Positions 47,685 to 58,988 of a DNA stretch of 64,000 bases are shown here, piece after piece. Position numbers and translations under genes: made by a program. Positions within the stretch are counted from its first letter, which is position 1; every line of letters begins with the position of its first letter. The DNA lies in assembly GCA_965225945.1 (NCBI GenBank), contig CBDDBZ010000032.1, positions 32,001-96,000 on the forward strand. The letters run 5' to 3'. A model generated the notes under the pieces. That model did no database searches. It saw only the letters and a list, made by a program, of their open reading frames with translations, and was not told the origin of the DNA. Source of the stretch: Alphaproteobacteria bacterium (GTDB lineage: Bacteria; Pseudomonadota; Alphaproteobacteria; GCA-2731375).

Positions 47685-47712
47685 CCAACGGACATAAGTC
47701 CTGGCCGCCCCG

Positions 47713-48948
47713 CTACGGCGCGTCGGCGCGGTCGAGGATGGCGCCCAGCAGGACGTCGCAGCCGGCGGCCAGGTCTTCGGCCGTCGCCTCCTCGGCCTCG
47801 TTGTGGCTGATGCCACCCTCGCACGGCACGAAGATCATCGCCGTCGGCGCCACCTCGGAAATGTTGCAGGCATCGTGCCCGGCGCCCGAGGTGATCTCCA
47901 TCGCCGACAGGCCCGAGGCCTCCGCCCCCCTCGCCACCGCCCTGATGCAGTCGGGGTCGAAACGAATCGGCGGCTGATACCAGATCTCCTCGACCACCAG
48001 CTCGAGCCCGATATCGGCGGCGATGCGGCCTGCGCCGGCCTCCAGCCGCGCCTTCATCTCGGAGAGCCGGGTATCGGCCGGATGGCGGATATCGACCGAG
48101 AAGGCGACCCGACCCGGGATCGTGTTGCGGGAGTTCGGCGAAACCACGAACTGGCCGACCGTCGCGCAGGCGCCCGGCTGGTACTCGTGGCCGATGCGGT
48201 TGACCAATTCGACCATCCGCGAGGCACCGACCAGCGCGTCCTTGCGGATCGCCATCGGTGTCGGGCCGGCATGGGCCTCCTGGCCGGTCACGCGCACATC
48301 GAACCAGCGTTGGCCCTGGGCGCCCCGGACGATTCCGATGGTCTTCTCCTCGGCTTCCAGGATCGGGCCCTGTTCGATATGGGCCTCGAAGAAGGCGGCG
48401 ATGTCGCGCCCACCCAGCGGAAATTCGCCGAGATAGCCGATCCGTTCCAACTCCTCCCCCACGCTCTTGCCGTCGAGGTCGACAATGGCGTGCGCCTGTT
48501 CGAGCGTGACCTTGCCGACGTAGGCGCTGGAGCCGGCCATCGCCGGGGCGAAACGGCAACCCTCCTCGTTGGTCCAGACCACCACCTCGATCGCACGCCG
48601 GGTCCGGTGGGCCATGTCGTCGAGCGTGCGGAGCACCTCCAGGCCCGCCAGCACGCCGTAAACGCCGTCGTACTTGCCGCCGGTCGGCTGGGTGTCGAGG
48701 TGGCTTCCGGTCATCACCGGGGCGAGGCCATCGTCGGCGCCGGCGCGCCGGGCGAAGATGTTTCCCATTCGATCGACCCGCACGGTGCAGCCCTGGGCCT
48801 CGCACCACGAGACGAAGAGGTCGCGCCCGTCGCGATCCAGGTCGGTCAACGCCTGGCGATTGACCCCGCCCTTGTCCGTGGCGCCGATCCGCGCCATCTC
48901 CATCAGGCTCGCCCAGAGCCGGTCCTGATTGATCCCGAGATTTCGCAT
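47713..48948 (-). CDS. M20 Zn hydrolase, beta-ureidopropionase / N-carbamoyl-amino-acid hydrolase
   Basis: [36 protein letters not shown] and GISHN. Confidence 0.9.
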   Translation of the reverse strand: MRNLGINQDRLWASLMEMARIGATDKGGVNRQALTDLDRDGRDLFVSWCEAQGCTVRVDRMGNIFARRAGADDGLAPVMTGSHLDTQPTGGKYDGVYGVLAGLEVLRTLDDMAHRTRRAIEVVVWTNEEGCRFAPAMAGSSAYVGKVTLEQAHAIVDLDGKSVGEELERIGYLGEFPLGGRDIAAFFEAHIEQGPILEAEEKTIGIVRGAQGQRWFDVRVTGQEAHAGPTPMAIRKDALVGASRMVELVNRIGHEYQPGACATVGQFVVSPNSRNTIPGRVAFSVDIRHPADTRLSEMKARLEAGAGRIAADIGLELVVEEIWYQPPIRFDPDCIRAVARGAEASGLSAMEITSGAGHDACNISEVAPTAMIFVPCEGGISHNEAEEATAEDLAAGCDVLLGAILDRADAP

Positions 48949-48959
48949 CGCCGGTCTCC

Positions 48960-50078
48960 TCAAGCGCCGATCACGTCCTCGGCCGAGCGATAGGGCATGG
49001 CGAGCTCGCGCGCGACCGCCTCGTAGGTGAGCTTGCCCTCGGCCACGTTGAGCCCGTTGCGGAGGTGCGTGTCCTCGCGCAGCGCCTCCCGCCAGCCCTT
49101 GTCGGCGAGCGCCAGCACGAAGGGCAGCGTCGCGTTGTTGAGCGCGAAGGTCGAGGTCCGGGCGACCGCCCCCGGCATGTTGGCGACGCAGTAATGCACC
49201 ACGTCGTGGCGGATGTAGGTCGGCTCGGCATGGGTCGTCGGCCGCGCGGTCTCGATGCAGCCACCCTGATCGATCGCGACGTCGACCAGCACAGCCCCCC
49301 GGCGCATGCCCTCGACCATCGCCTCGCTCACCAGGCGCGGCGCCGAGGCGCCGGGCACCAAGACCGCGCCGACCACCAGGTCGGCCGACATCACATGTTC
49401 CTCGATCGCGTCGACGGTGGAAAAGATGGTGTTCAGCATCGGCCCGAACTGTAGGTCCAGGTCGTAGAGCCGGCGCAGGTTGATATCGATCACGAAGACC
49501 GCCGCCTCCAGCCCCATCGCCATTCGCGCGGCGTTGGTGCCGACGACGCCGCCACCGAGGATCACCACCTTGGCCGCGCGCACCCCCGGCACGCCGCCCA
49601 GCAGCATGCCGCGTCCACCCTGCTCCATCTCCAGGCAGTGGGCGCCCGCCTGGATCGACATCCGGCCCGCCACCTCGCTCATCGGCGCCAAAAGCGGCAG
49701 GCCGCCAAATTCGTCGGTTACGGTCTCGTAGGCGATGGCGACGACACCGCCCTCCATCAGCGTCGTCGTCAGCTCCGGCGCCGGAGCGAGGTGGAGATAG
49801 GTGAAGAGGAGCTGATCGGCGCGCAGCATCGCGCATTCGTGTCGCTGCGGCTCCTTCACCTTCACGATCATCTCGGCCCGGCCGTAAACCTCCTCCGCCG
49901 TGTCGACGACTTCCGCGCCCACGCCCCGGTAGTCGTCGTCGTCGAGCCCGATGGCCCGGCCGGCGTCGGTCTCGAGCAACACCTCATGGCCGTGATGGCG
50001 GACCTGGCGGACGCTTCCCGGGGTCAGCCCGACCCGGTGTTCCTCGGCCTTGATTTCCCTCGGCACGCCGATCCGCAT
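48960..50078 (-). CDS. ald: alanine dehydrogenase
   Basis: [36 protein letters not shown] and YCVANMPG. Confidence 0.95.
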   Translation of the reverse strand: MRIGVPREIKAEEHRVGLTPGSVRQVRHHGHEVLLETDAGRAIGLDDDDYRGVGAEVVDTAEEVYGRAEMIVKVKEPQRHECAMLRADQLLFTYLHLAPAPELTTTLMEGGVVAIAYETVTDEFGGLPLLAPMSEVAGRMSIQAGAHCLEMEQGGRGMLLGGVPGVRAAKVVILGGGVVGTNAARMAMGLEAAVFVIDINLRRLYDLDLQFGPMLNTIFSTVDAIEEHVMSADLVVGAVLVPGASAPRLVSEAMVEGMRRGAVLVDVAIDQGGCIETARPTTHAEPTYIRHDVVHYCVANMPGAVARTSTFALNNATLPFVLALADKGWREALREDTHLRNGLNVAEGKLTYEAVARELAMPYRSAEDVIGA

Positions 50079-50095
50079 CTGCTCACTCCATCCCG

Positions 50096-51433
<1,338 letters not shown>

Positions 51434-51576
51434 CTGTGCTCTCCCGACGGTGCGGTATTTGGGCTGGCCGCAGCCGATCCGCGCGAGCGGCAAAATCACG
51501 GCCCTTGCGTCGGCACTCTAACAGCCCCGAAAATGGGGAAAAAGCGAAACCACGCGGAGCTTCGGGAGAATGAAAG

Positions 51577-53013
51577 ATGGCATCCTTCGACGACTATGAG
51601 AATCACGATGGAATTGGCTTGGCGAGCCTGATACGGGATGGACAGGCCAGCGCCGAGGAGGTGCTGGACGCCGCGATTGAGCGGGTGGAGGCGCGCGACG
51701 GCACGGTGAACGCGGTCACCACGCGGATGTACGACCAGGCGCGGAGCGCCATCGCCGACGGGCTGCCGGAGGGTCCGTTCCGAGGCGTGCCCTACCTGGT
51801 GAAAGACCTCGGCGCCTCCATCGCGGGCGAGCCGACGAACCGGGGCTGCCGCTTTTTCGAGGGCGTGATCGGGACCGAGGATTCCGAGACGGTGCGGCGC
51901 CTGAAGCGGGCCGGCCTGGTGATCTTCGGCCGCACCAATACCTGCGAGCTGGGCCTCAGCCTCACCTGCGAGCCGCAACTCAAGGGCGCGACCAGGAACC
52001 CCTGGAACCCGGCGCATATCTCGGGCGGCTCCAGTGGCGGGGCGGCGGCCGCCGTCGGCGCCCGAATGGTGCCGATGGCCCATGCTTCCGACGGCTTCGG
52101 CTCGATTCGCGCGCCCGCCGCCTGTTGTGGCCTCGTCGGCCTGAAGCCGACCCGGGGCCGCAGCACCATGGCCCCCTTCCTCGGCGAGGGCCTGGGTGGC
52201 ATCTCGACGGAACATGCCGTGACGCTCACCGTGCGCGATAGCGCGGCGCTGCTCGATGCGACCTCCGGGCCCGGCATCGGCGATCCCTACTCGGCGCCGC
52301 CGCCGACCAGACCTTTCCTGGAGGAGGTCGGCGCCGAAGCCGGATCGCTTCGCATCGCCGTCACCCGCAAGACGCCGAACGGGGCGCCGATGAGCGCGGC
52401 GTGTCTCGATCTGCTGGACGAGACAGCGACGCTCTGCGCCGATCTCGGCCATGTCGTCGACGAAGTCGACCCCGATATCGAGGGCGAGAGCGTGGTGGCG
52501 ACCTTCCTGACGCTGATGGCGGTGAATACCGTCGTCAACCTGGCCAGCCATCCGACGAAGGGGCGCGAGGCGCGGCCGGACGAAGTCGAGCGGGTGACTT
52601 GGGCTTCGGCCGAAATGGGCCGGCGGATCGACGGCGCCGCTTATGTCCGCGCGACCCAGGCGGCGCATCGCCTGGGCCGGCGGATGGGCGCCTTTCACCA
52701 GGACTGGGACGTGCTGCTGACACCGGGCCTGGCGCGCACCGCGGTCGAACTCGGCTGGCTCGACATGATGATGGAGGACGTGGACGAATACTGGCGCCGG
52801 GTCTTCGAATTTTCGCCGTTCACGGTGTGGTTCAATTTGACCGGGCAGCCGGCGATGATGCTACCGCTGGCCCAGGCGCCGGACGGCCTGCCGCTGGCGA
52901 CGCAGCTCGTCGGCCGCTTCGGCGACGAGGCGACGATCCTCCGCCTCGCCGCCCAGTTGGAAGCCGCCCGCCCCTGGATCGACCGCAAGCCCGCGCTCGC
53001 CGCCGACGGGTGA
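51577..53013 (+). CDS. amidase signature family protein
   Basis: GVPYLVKDL, GGSSGGAAAAV and SDGFGSIR.PA. Confidence 0.92.
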   Translation: MASFDDYENHDGIGLASLIRDGQASAEEVLDAAIERVEARDGTVNAVTTRMYDQARSAIADGLPEGPFRGVPYLVKDLGASIAGEPTNRGCRFFEGVIGTEDSETVRRLKRAGLVIFGRTNTCELGLSLTCEPQLKGATRNPWNPAHISGGSSGGAAAAVGARMVPMAHASDGFGSIRAPAACCGLVGLKPTRGRSTMAPFLGEGLGGISTEHAVTLTVRDSAALLDATSGPGIGDPYSAPPPTRPFLEEVGAEAGSLRIAVTRKTPNGAPMSAACLDLLDETATLCADLGHVVDEVDPDIEGESVVATFLTLMAVNTVVNLASHPTKGREARPDEVERVTWASAEMGRRIDGAAYVRATQAAHRLGRRMGAFHQDWDVLLTPGLARTAVELGWLDMMMEDVDEYWRRVFEFSPFTVWFNLTGQPAMMLPLAQAPDGLPLATQLVGRFGDEATILRLAAQLEAARPWIDRKPALAADG

Positions 53014-53095
53014 GCGCGGAATGTGGTAGATATATCGAGGCGCGCGCGCTGCTTCGCGGAGGATCCGCGCCCTTGAGACCGAGGTACCGACGGGC

Positions 53096-54259
53096 ATGAT
53101 CGACGACAGTTCCCGCAAGGCCGTAAGGCGCGCGCCGTCGCGCCGTTCCCTCCTCCGGGCCGGCGTCGGCGGTGCCCTGATCGCCGCCGCGCCCGCCGTC
53201 GTCTCCCGCCGCGCGCGGGCGGCCAAACCGCTCAAGGTCGCGGCTTTTACGGACTATATCAGCACGGAGATGATCGCGGCGTTCAAGGCTAGGACCGGTA
53301 TCGTGGTCGCACTCACGGAAAGCGGGGACGACCAGCAGTTCCTGAGCCAGCTCGAGAATTCGGAGGGGGCGAGCCACGATGTCGTCTTCAACTCGAGCAA
53401 CACGATTCTGCGCTGGTATGCCGCATCCGACGCGGCGCGCTCCGCCCTGCTCGCGCCGATCGACGAATCGCGCCTGGATAGGGACGAGATCATTCCCGCT
53501 ATCTGGGAACGGTCCGGGGAGTTGGGCGCGGTGCGCCGGGGTCGACGTTTCGCCGTGCCGTTCAACTGGGGCACCGAAGTCCTGGTCTACGATTCCGACG
53601 AGCGGAAGTACGAGGTCGGCTCCGTCTCGTGGAAAGATCAATGGGCGCTGGAGAACCAGGGGCGCGTCGCCGTTCGCCCCTTCACCGCACTCACCTCGAT
53701 CGCCCTGATGCAAGGCGGCGGCAGCAAGCTCGACGCGGCGCATCGCGATCGGTTCAAGGCGCGCGAGATGTTCGAGCAGGCCATCCGCTTCGCTATCCAA
53801 CACCATTCCTGGGTTCGCGCGACCTGGACCACCCGGGAGGAGCTGCGCAAGGCGTATTTTGACGATCGCTGCGTCGTCGGCCAAAGCTACGAAAGCATCG
53901 CCATCGAGCTCTGGAAGGCGACACGCGGCAGGCTGAAGTTCGTAGCCCCGAAGGACGGGGCGCTCGCCTGGATGGATACGATCTCGATCTCCGCCCGGGC
54001 GACGAACACGGACGCGATCTATGCCTTCCTCAACTTCTGTCTTTCGCCCGAGGGCGGCGCCATGCACACGCGCGCCACCGGGTACAACTCGGCCGCCGTG
54101 GGCGCGAAGAATTTGCTCGGCGCGAAATACCGGGAGCGTTACGCCTCGGCTTATGGGCGAAAAGGCGAGGCGATCGAGAACTTCTGGTGGCAGCGGCTGG
54201 AGCCGGAATGGTACGTCGCGCTGCGGGACGAATACGTGGCCCGTTGGGGGCTCGCCTAA
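53096..54259 (+). CDS. PotD/PotF-like ABC substrate-binding protein, Tat-exported, orphan
   Basis: SRRSLL Tat motif, VPFNWG, PKDGALAWMD and AFLNF. Confidence 0.8.
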   Translation: MIDDSSRKAVRRAPSRRSLLRAGVGGALIAAAPAVVSRRARAAKPLKVAAFTDYISTEMIAAFKARTGIVVALTESGDDQQFLSQLENSEGASHDVVFNSSNTILRWYAASDAARSALLAPIDESRLDRDEIIPAIWERSGELGAVRRGRRFAVPFNWGTEVLVYDSDERKYEVGSVSWKDQWALENQGRVAVRPFTALTSIALMQGGGSKLDAAHRDRFKAREMFEQAIRFAIQHHSWVRATWTTREELRKAYFDDRCVVGQSYESIAIELWKATRGRLKFVAPKDGALAWMDTISISARATNTDAIYAFLNFCLSPEGGAMHTRATGYNSAAVGAKNLLGAKYRERYASAYGRKGEAIENFWWQRLEPEWYVALRDEYVARWGLA

Positions 54260-54527
54260 GGTCGAGGTCCGGCCCCGGGCCGACGACCTCACCCGGCGCG
54301 ACGCACCTCGACGCACTCCGGCGGGAAGGCGTCCCAGAAATCGGTCTCTTCCAGCTCCGCTCTAAATTTGGCCAACGGCTTCGAGCGATCGTGCCCGGGC
54401 ATGATCGTCGCCATCATCCCTTCGCTCTCGCTCATTGCTCTCCCCCTTCTCGGTTTTCTGGACCCGGACGCCGGGCGGGTGTATCTCTCCGGCCGCGTAA
54501 CGCCCACCAGCATTCCGAATCGAGCCC

Positions 54528-56351
54528 ATGTCGCTTCGCAACATCGCCATCATCGCGCATGTCGATCATGGCAAGACCACGTTGGTGGACGCTATGTTCC
54601 GCCTGTCGGGCGCCGTGCGGGGCAACCAGCGCGTCGCCGAGCGGGCGATGGACTACAACGAGCTGGAACGCGAACGCGGCATCACCATCCTCTCGAAGTG
54701 CACCTCGGTGACGTGGCGTGGCACGCGCATCAATATCGTCGACACCCCCGGCCACCAGGACTTCGGCGGCGAGGTCGAACGCATCCTCGACATGGTCGAC
54801 GGCGTGCTGCTGCTGGTCGATGCGGCCGAAGGGCCGATGCCGCAGACCAAGTTCGTGACCCAGAAGGCGCTGGCGCTGGGGCTTCGCCCGATCGTCGTCG
54901 TCAACAAGATGGACCGGGCCGAGCAACGCGCCGAAGTGGTGCTGAGCGAGGTCTTCGACCTCTTCGCGGCTCTGGACGCGAGCGAGGCGCAGCTCGACTT
55001 CACCGCCCTCTTCGCCTCGGCCCGCGACGGCTGGGCGAGCCCGAAGGTGGACGGCGCGCGGGGCGACCTGGCGCCCTTGTTCGAGGCGATCGTCGAGGGC
55101 GTGCCGAGGCCCGAGGTCGACGCGGACGCGCCCTTCCGCATGTTGGCGAGCATGCTGGATCTCGATCCCTATCTCGGCCGGGTGCTGACCGGGCGGATCG
55201 CCTCGGGCCGCCTTTCGGTCAACCAGACGATTCAGGCGCTGGACCCGGCGGGGCGGCGGACCGAGACGGGGCGGGTGACCAAGCTCTTGAGCTATCAGGG
55301 GCTGGAGCGGGTTCCGGTGAAAACGGTCTCGGCTGGCGACATCGTCGCCATCGCCGGCCTCTCCCGCGCCACGGTGGCCGACAGCCTGGTGGCCACCGAG
55401 GTCTTAGAGCCGCTCCCGGCCCGGCCCATCGATCCGCCGACGTTGGCCATGACCTTCGCCATCAACGACGGGCCGCTGGCCGGGCGCGACGGCGACAAGG
55501 TGACGAGCCGGGTGATCCGCGAGCGCCTGTTTCGCGAGGCGGAAGGCAACGTCGCGATCCGCGTGGCGGAGACCGGGGACGCCGACGCCTTCGAGGTCGC
55601 CGGCCGGGGCGAGCTGCAGCTCGGCGTCCTGATCGAGACCATGCGCCGCGAGGGCTTCGAACTCACCATCAGCCGCCCGCGCGTCATCTTCCGCGAGGGC
55701 GACGGCGGCCTGGAGGAGCCTTTGGAGGAGGCCGAGATCGACGTCGACGACGCCTATGCCGGCGTCGTGGTCGAGGCCATGAGCGCGCGCCGGGCCGAGC
55801 TTCGCGACATGCGCCCCTCGGGCGGCGGCAAGACCCGGCTCGTCTTCCACGCCCCCAGCCGCGGGCTGATCGGCTATCACGGGCAGTTCCTGACCGAAAC
55901 TCGGGGTACCGGAATCATGCACCGCTCGGTCGCCGGCTATACGCCCTATAAGGGGGCGATCCAGGATCGGCGGACCGGGACCTTGGTCTCGACCACGCTC
56001 GGCAAGTCGGTGGCCTACGCGCTGTGGAACCTGGAGGCGCGCGGACATCTCTTCATCGGCCCGGGGGAGGCGGTCTATCCCGGCATGGTGATCGGCGAGA
56101 ACAGTCGCGCCGGCGACCTGGAGGTGAACCCGCTTCGGACCAAGCAGCTCACCAACATCCGCGCCGCCGGCAAGGACGACGCGGTCCGCCTTACGCCGCC
56201 GACCCGCCTGGCCCTGGAAGTGGCGCTCGCCTACATCGCCGAGGACGAATTGGTGGAAGTGACGCCGGGCCACATCCGCCTCAGAAAGCGGCACCTGGAC
56301 CCGCACGAGCGACGCCGGGAGCGGCGACGCGCGGCGGCCCTCGACGGCTGA
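54528..56351 (+). CDS. typA: translational GTPase TypA/BipA
   Basis: [33 protein letters not shown] and DELVEVTP. Confidence 0.96.
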   Translation: MSLRNIAIIAHVDHGKTTLVDAMFRLSGAVRGNQRVAERAMDYNELERERGITILSKCTSVTWRGTRINIVDTPGHQDFGGEVERILDMVDGVLLLVDAAEGPMPQTKFVTQKALALGLRPIVVVNKMDRAEQRAEVVLSEVFDLFAALDASEAQLDFTALFASARDGWASPKVDGARGDLAPLFEAIVEGVPRPEVDADAPFRMLASMLDLDPYLGRVLTGRIASGRLSVNQTIQALDPAGRRTETGRVTKLLSYQGLERVPVKTVSAGDIVAIAGLSRATVADSLVATEVLEPLPARPIDPPTLAMTFAINDGPLAGRDGDKVTSRVIRERLFREAEGNVAIRVAETGDADAFEVAGRGELQLGVLIETMRREGFELTISRPRVIFREGDGGLEEPLEEAEIDVDDAYAGVVVEAMSARRAELRDMRPSGGGKTRLVFHAPSRGLIGYHGQFLTETRGTGIMHRSVAGYTPYKGAIQDRRTGTLVSTTLGKSVAYALWNLEARGHLFIGPGEAVYPGMVIGENSRAGDLEVNPLRTKQLTNIRAAGKDDAVRLTPPTRLALEVALAYIAEDELVEVTPGHIRLRKRHLDPHERRRERRRAAALDG

Positions 56352-56393
56352 ACGGCGGCGCGAAAGCAAGACCCGCGAAGAGAGGTTCGCAGC

Positions 56394-57116
56394 ATGGATG
56401 CGACGACCATCGGAACCCTGTTGGCCGACCACGTGCTCGACATCGTGGCCCTTGGCATCTACGCCTCCTGCTGGTTCGGCTACCTGCACCTGGCGGAGCG
56501 CGAAGGCCGCGGCGGGCGCAACCTGATCGACGAGATGGCGGCCGGGCGGCGGATCTGGATGCGGACCATGCTGGCGCGCGACAATCGCATGCTCGACCTT
56601 CAGATCGTGCGTAGCGCGGTGCAGACGGGACAGTTCTTCGCCTCGACCTCGATCCTCGTGGTGGCCGGCCTGTTGGCCGTGCTGGGCGCCACCGACAGGG
56701 CGATCGCCGTGGTCGAGGAACTGCCCTTCACGGCAACGACGGACCGCACGCTCTGGGAGATCAAGGTCCTCTGTCTGATGGTCGTCTTTATCTACGCCTT
56801 CTTCAAGTTCATGTGGTCGGTACGGCAATACAACTATTGCGCCGTGCTGATCGGCGCGACCCCGCCGGCCGATGCCCTTGCGGAGGACGCGGGCGAGAGC
56901 GCCGACGACCTGGCCTGGATCGCGACGCTCGCCGCCAAGCACTCCAACCACGGAACCCGGGCCTACTATTTCGGCTTCGCGCTGCTCGCCTGGTTCCTAC
57001 ACCCGCTGCTGGTGATTCCGGTGACGCTCTGGGTGGTGGCGGTGATCTGGCGCCGTGAGCATCGCTCCAATACCCTCGCCCGCCTGCGCGCACTCGACGC
57101 GCGGCGCGAAGCTTGA
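56394..57116 (+). CDS. DUF599 family membrane protein
   Basis: R..WM..ML.RDNR, FFASTS, AFFKF.WS.RQ.NY and G.RAYYF. Confidence 0.85.
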   Translation: MDATTIGTLLADHVLDIVALGIYASCWFGYLHLAEREGRGGRNLIDEMAAGRRIWMRTMLARDNRMLDLQIVRSAVQTGQFFASTSILVVAGLLAVLGATDRAIAVVEELPFTATTDRTLWEIKVLCLMVVFIYAFFKFMWSVRQYNYCAVLIGATPPADALAEDAGESADDLAWIATLAAKHSNHGTRAYYFGFALLAWFLHPLLVIPVTLWVVAVIWRREHRSNTLARLRALDARREA

Positions 57117-57131
57117 TCGAAGGCGCGTGCC

Positions 57132-57698
57132 TCAGCGGCCGAAGAGGCGGGCCAGCCAGGCCTTGATGCGTTGCCAGAGAACTCGGCCGAGGAGGTTGCC
57201 GGCATCGAGCGCCTCGCGTGCCTCTGGCGCGTTCACGTCCTCGCCCGGCCCGGCGGCGTCCAGCGCCGCCTGCAAGGCGGTGGCGAAATCCTGGGTCAGG
57301 CGCCCCGCCAGATCGTTCACCAGGCCACCCCGGCCAAATTGCGCGAGCGAGCCGGCGAGCGTGAAATCGACCTCGAGCTCGACCCGAGTGCCCGCGTCCT
57401 GGGCGATCACGGCGAAATCGATTGCGCCCTTGCATTGCGAGCGGCTGCGCTGGTCGAGGCCTTGGCCCTCGATCCGCCCCCTCATCGCCGCCGCGTCGCG
57501 GGCGAGCTGCCCCTCGCCGGCGAAGCTCGCCTGGATCGGGCCGAAGCGCACGGTCATCCGGCCCTCGAGCGCGCCGTCCGCACCCGCCCGCGTCACCTCG
57601 GCACCCGCCAGGCAACCGGCGACCGCGTAGGCGTCGCCGAGAAAGGCCCAAACCTGGTCGGCGGGGTGGGCGACGGTGAAGCTTTGCGCTATTCGCAT
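57132..57698 (-). CDS. CoxG/SRPBCC accessory protein
   Basis: VWAFL.D...VAGCL.GA and L.G.LAQFGR. Confidence 0.85.
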   Translation of the reverse strand: MRIAQSFTVAHPADQVWAFLGDAYAVAGCLAGAEVTRAGADGALEGRMTVRFGPIQASFAGEGQLARDAAAMRGRIEGQGLDQRSRSQCKGAIDFAVIAQDAGTRVELEVDFTLAGSLAQFGRGGLVNDLAGRLTQDFATALQAALDAAGPGEDVNAPEAREALDAGNLLGRVLWQRIKAWLARLFGR

Positions 57699-57705
57699 GT
57701 GGCGT

Positions 57706-58182
57706 TTACGCGGGCGCGGCGCGCCGCGTCGCCACGACCTCGGCGATTGCCGCGACGATCCCGGCGTAGCCGGTGCAGCGGCAGAGATTGCCCGCCAGCT
57801 CGAGCCGAATCCGCGCCTCGTCCGCGTCGGCCAAGCGGAGCACGACGTCGCGCGCCGTCACCAGCATCCCCGACGTGCAATAGCCGCATTGCAACCCGTG
57901 GTGCTTGGTGAAGGCAGCACGCAGCGCGGCCATGACGCCATCGGCGCCATGGCCCTCGATCGTGGTGACCTCGGCACCGTCGCAGGCGAGCGTCAATTGC
58001 AGGCAGGCGCGCACCGGCCGGCCGTCGAGCAGCACGTTGCAGGCGCCGCAAACGCCGTGCTCGCAGGCGAGATGGGTCCCCGTCAGCCCGAGCCCATCGC
58101 GCAGGAAGTCGCCCAGATGCGTCCTGTCGGCGACCTCGGCGGTGACCTCGCGGCCGTTGACCGTCAAGGTGATCTCGCTCAT
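57706..58182 (-). CDS. molybdenum hydroxylase small (2Fe-2S) subunit
   Basis: CEHGVCGAC, LQCGYC and GNLCRCTGY. Confidence 0.92.
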   Translation of the reverse strand: MSEITLTVNGREVTAEVADRTHLGDFLRDGLGLTGTHLACEHGVCGACNVLLDGRPVRACLQLTLACDGAEVTTIEGHGADGVMAALRAAFTKHHGLQCGYCTSGMLVTARDVVLRLADADEARIRLELAGNLCRCTGYAGIVAAIAEVVATRRAAPA

Positions 58183-58988
58183 GGCGCCACCTCCGCCAGG
58201 GCGCGGTGCAACATCACCGCGTGAAGCTGGAGCTCGTAATCGTCGAGCCCGGGTTCCGCCGCGCTCACCACCTCGCGGCAGCGCCCGAGGTCCGCGCCCA
58301 ACAATTCCGCGCCCTCCGCCAGCACGCGGGGCGCCGACGAGGTGGCGCCGATCACCACCCGGGTCGCGCCCGAGGAGGGGTCGTGCAGCACCGCGCCGAT
58401 CGCCTCGGCGAACTCGCCGGGCTTGCGGCAATACTTGCCGTAGGCCCAGCGCGCCTCCGCTCCGGGCTCGGGGATGGCGACGCCCTCGATGATCTCGTCC
58501 AATTCCAGCGCCACCCAGAAGGCGCCCTGCTGGAAGTCCTCGAGCGCTACGGTCCGCTTGGCATTTGTACCCGCGATCACCACCGAGGCACCGAGCGCCA
58601 GCAGCGCCGCCGGCCAGTCGGCGGCCGGATCGCCATGCGCCAGGCTGCCGCCGATGGTGCCGCGGTTGCGGACGGCGCGATAGGCGATAGCGCCGGCGAC
58701 GCCGGCCATGATCTCGCCCAGCCGGCCGGATAGCGCGCCGTCCTCGATATTCGCATGGGTCAGGGCAGCGCCGAGGAAGACCCCGTCGTCGCGCCGCTCG
58801 ATGCGCGCCAGCGCACGAATCCCGGAGATGTCGACCAGCAGGCTCGGCTGCGCCAGGCGCAGGTTCATCATCGCCATCAGCGACTGGCCGCCGGCGATCG
58901 CCTTGCCCTCGAAGCCGGCCTCCCCCAGGAGCGCCGTCGCCTCGGCCACCTCGCGGGCCCGGCGATAAGCGAACGGTGCCGCCTTCAC
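58179..58988 (-). CDS. molybdenum hydroxylase medium (FAD) subunit
   Basis: AGGQSL and RNRGTIGGSLAHGDPAAD; GTG start overlapping the large-subunit stop. Confidence 0.9.
   Translation of the reverse strand: MKAAPFAYRRAREVAEATALLGEAGFEGKAIAGGQSLMAMMNLRLAQPSLLVDISGIRALARIERRDDGVFLGAALTHANIEDGALSGRLGEIMAGVAGAIAYRAVRNRGTIGGSLAHGDPAADWPAALLALGASVVIAGTNAKRTVALEDFQQGAFWVALELDEIIEGVAIPEPGAEARWAYGKYCRKPGEFAEAIGAVLHDPSSGATRVVIGATSSAPRVLAEGAELLGADLGRCREVVSAAEPGLDDYELQLHAVMLHRALAEVAP

Noticed and set aside
54289-54513. Small minus-strand ORF between the SBP gene and typA
   Set aside because: Short, no recognisable family, and overlaps the likely typA promoter region; cannot be supported without a search.
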